Both the position numbers and the translations under genes were made by a program. 64,000 bases of DNA from Nannocystis bainbridge (GTDB lineage Bacteria; Myxococcota_A; Polyangia; Nannocystales; Nannocystaceae). The notes beneath the pieces were generated by a model. The model saw only the letters and a list, made by a program, of their open reading frames with translations. It did no database searches and had not been told where the DNA came from. Below, in pieces: positions 63,202 through 64,000 of this stretch; within the stretch, counting starts at the first letter, position 1, and the number at the start of each line of letters is the position of its first letter. Where the stretch lies: contig NZ_JAQNDL010000001.1 in assembly GCF_028368995.1 (NCBI RefSeq), positions 3,168,001-3,232,000 on the forward strand. Direction: 5' to 3'.

Positions 63202-64000
63202 TCACTGCCGCGTCGCGCGAAACTCCACCGTCTCCGCCTCGATGAACCCGCGCAAGACGACGGAGTACCGCCCCGGCTCGAGCCAGTGCGTCTCCGTCAT
63301 CGATCCTTCGAGCACCGCGTTGTAGCCGCGCAGCCAGGCGCAGCCGTCGCACTCTGCGATGAGCGCCTGTCCGCGTGTGCCCTCGCCTTCTGGCGTCACC
63401 ACCGAGATCTCGTACTCGCCGGTTTCGGCGATCTCGATCGTCCGACGCAGCTCCAGATGGGTCTCTCCGAAGACGATCGGCTCCCCCGGCGGCTGCATCC
63501 CGCCCAAGACCTCCGGGTCGTCGCAACTCAGCGAGCTCGTCCAGATGAAATTCCCGGCGAGGTCGGCCATCAGCGCCGGCGCGTCGCACTCTAGCCGCGG
63601 CAAGGACGGGAGGGAGGAAGGGCACTCCGTCGCCGCGAGGTACTCCTCGCTCAGCGCATCGAGCGACACGCCGTAACTGGCACGCACGGCCTTGTCCCAG
63701 TCGACGAGATCAGACGCTTCCGGCACGTCCCGGTACAGCGCCGCGAAGCGCTCCGCGCCATGGACCTGCAGGAGGTACCTGACGAAGCGCGACGCCACCG
63801 GATAGCCGGCGCCGTCCGTGATTCCGCTGCGATCGAGCGTCATGTAAGGACGAGGGTCACCCTCCTCCATCGGACCGTCGATCACAGCGTCCGCGAAGCC
63901 TTCGGCGAGGAACGGTGCTGCCGAGACGTTCAGTTGGTTCGCAATGGTATGCACGATCTCGTGCGGCGACATCGCTCCATGCCCGGCGGAGCGCAGCCCA
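63202..64000 (-). CDS. Partial hypothetical protein with HExxH gluzincin-like motif (5' end outside the window)
   Basis: PHEIVH...FLAEGFA and SRFVRYLL. The frame appears open to the window edge. Codon usage is less GC3-biased than in neighbouring genes. Confidence 0.6.
   Translation of the reverse strand, partial: GLRSAGHGAMSPHEIVHTIANQLNVSAAPFLAEGFADAVIDGPMEEGDPRPYMTLDRSGITDGAGYPVASRFVRYLLQVHGAERFAALYRDVPEASDLVDWDKAVRASYGVSLDALSEEYLAATECPSSLPSLPRLECDAPALMADLAGNFIWTSSLSCDDPEVLGGMQPPGEPIVFGETHLELRRTIEIAETGEYEISVVTPEGEGTRGQALIAECDGCAWLRGYNAVLEGSMTETHWLEPGRYSVVLRGFIEAETVEFRATRQ

Overview
This is a very GC-rich window (roughly 70-75% by eye) that reads as a myxobacterial chromosome. A Nannocystis/Polyangiales-like source is my inference from the Thr-rich and Cys-rich lipoproteins, the AgmX/PglI-type TonB domain, the Hanks kinases and the DUF1501 pair. 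It carries about 48 credible CDS. Housekeeping genes: rpsU, folE, def, maeB, mrp/apbC, a MoaD-MoaE fusion, rnhA. Signalling: two histidine kinases and two Ser/Thr kinases. Also present are a lipid-linked glycosylation cluster, a thioredoxin/SpoIVB-like/beta-propeller operon, radC, an orphan DNA methyltransferase, and a PtuA/PtuB (Septu-like) ATPase-HNH pair with no reverse transcriptase. I saw no rRNA, tRNA, transposase, integrase or true CRISPR-cas. The strongest unexplained signal is a 14-bp palindrome, TGTCC-N4-GGACA. I counted at least 16 perfect copies by eye, plus dozens of near-matches. It occurs singly, in head-to-tail arrays with strict 14-bp phase (junction GGACATGTCC), and as the core of longer direct repeats. 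It also occurs inside conserved protein-coding motifs, where it is spelled with otherwise rare A/T-ending codons. This looks like a genome-wide DNA-level signal (a protein-binding or chromosome-organisation site, or a HIP1-like element) that I do not recognise as described. A second pattern is a TANNNT hexamer 6-10 nt upstream of many start codons with no Shine-Dalgarno, suggesting widespread leaderless mRNAs. Start codons were re-chosen by eye and all motif counts are manual.
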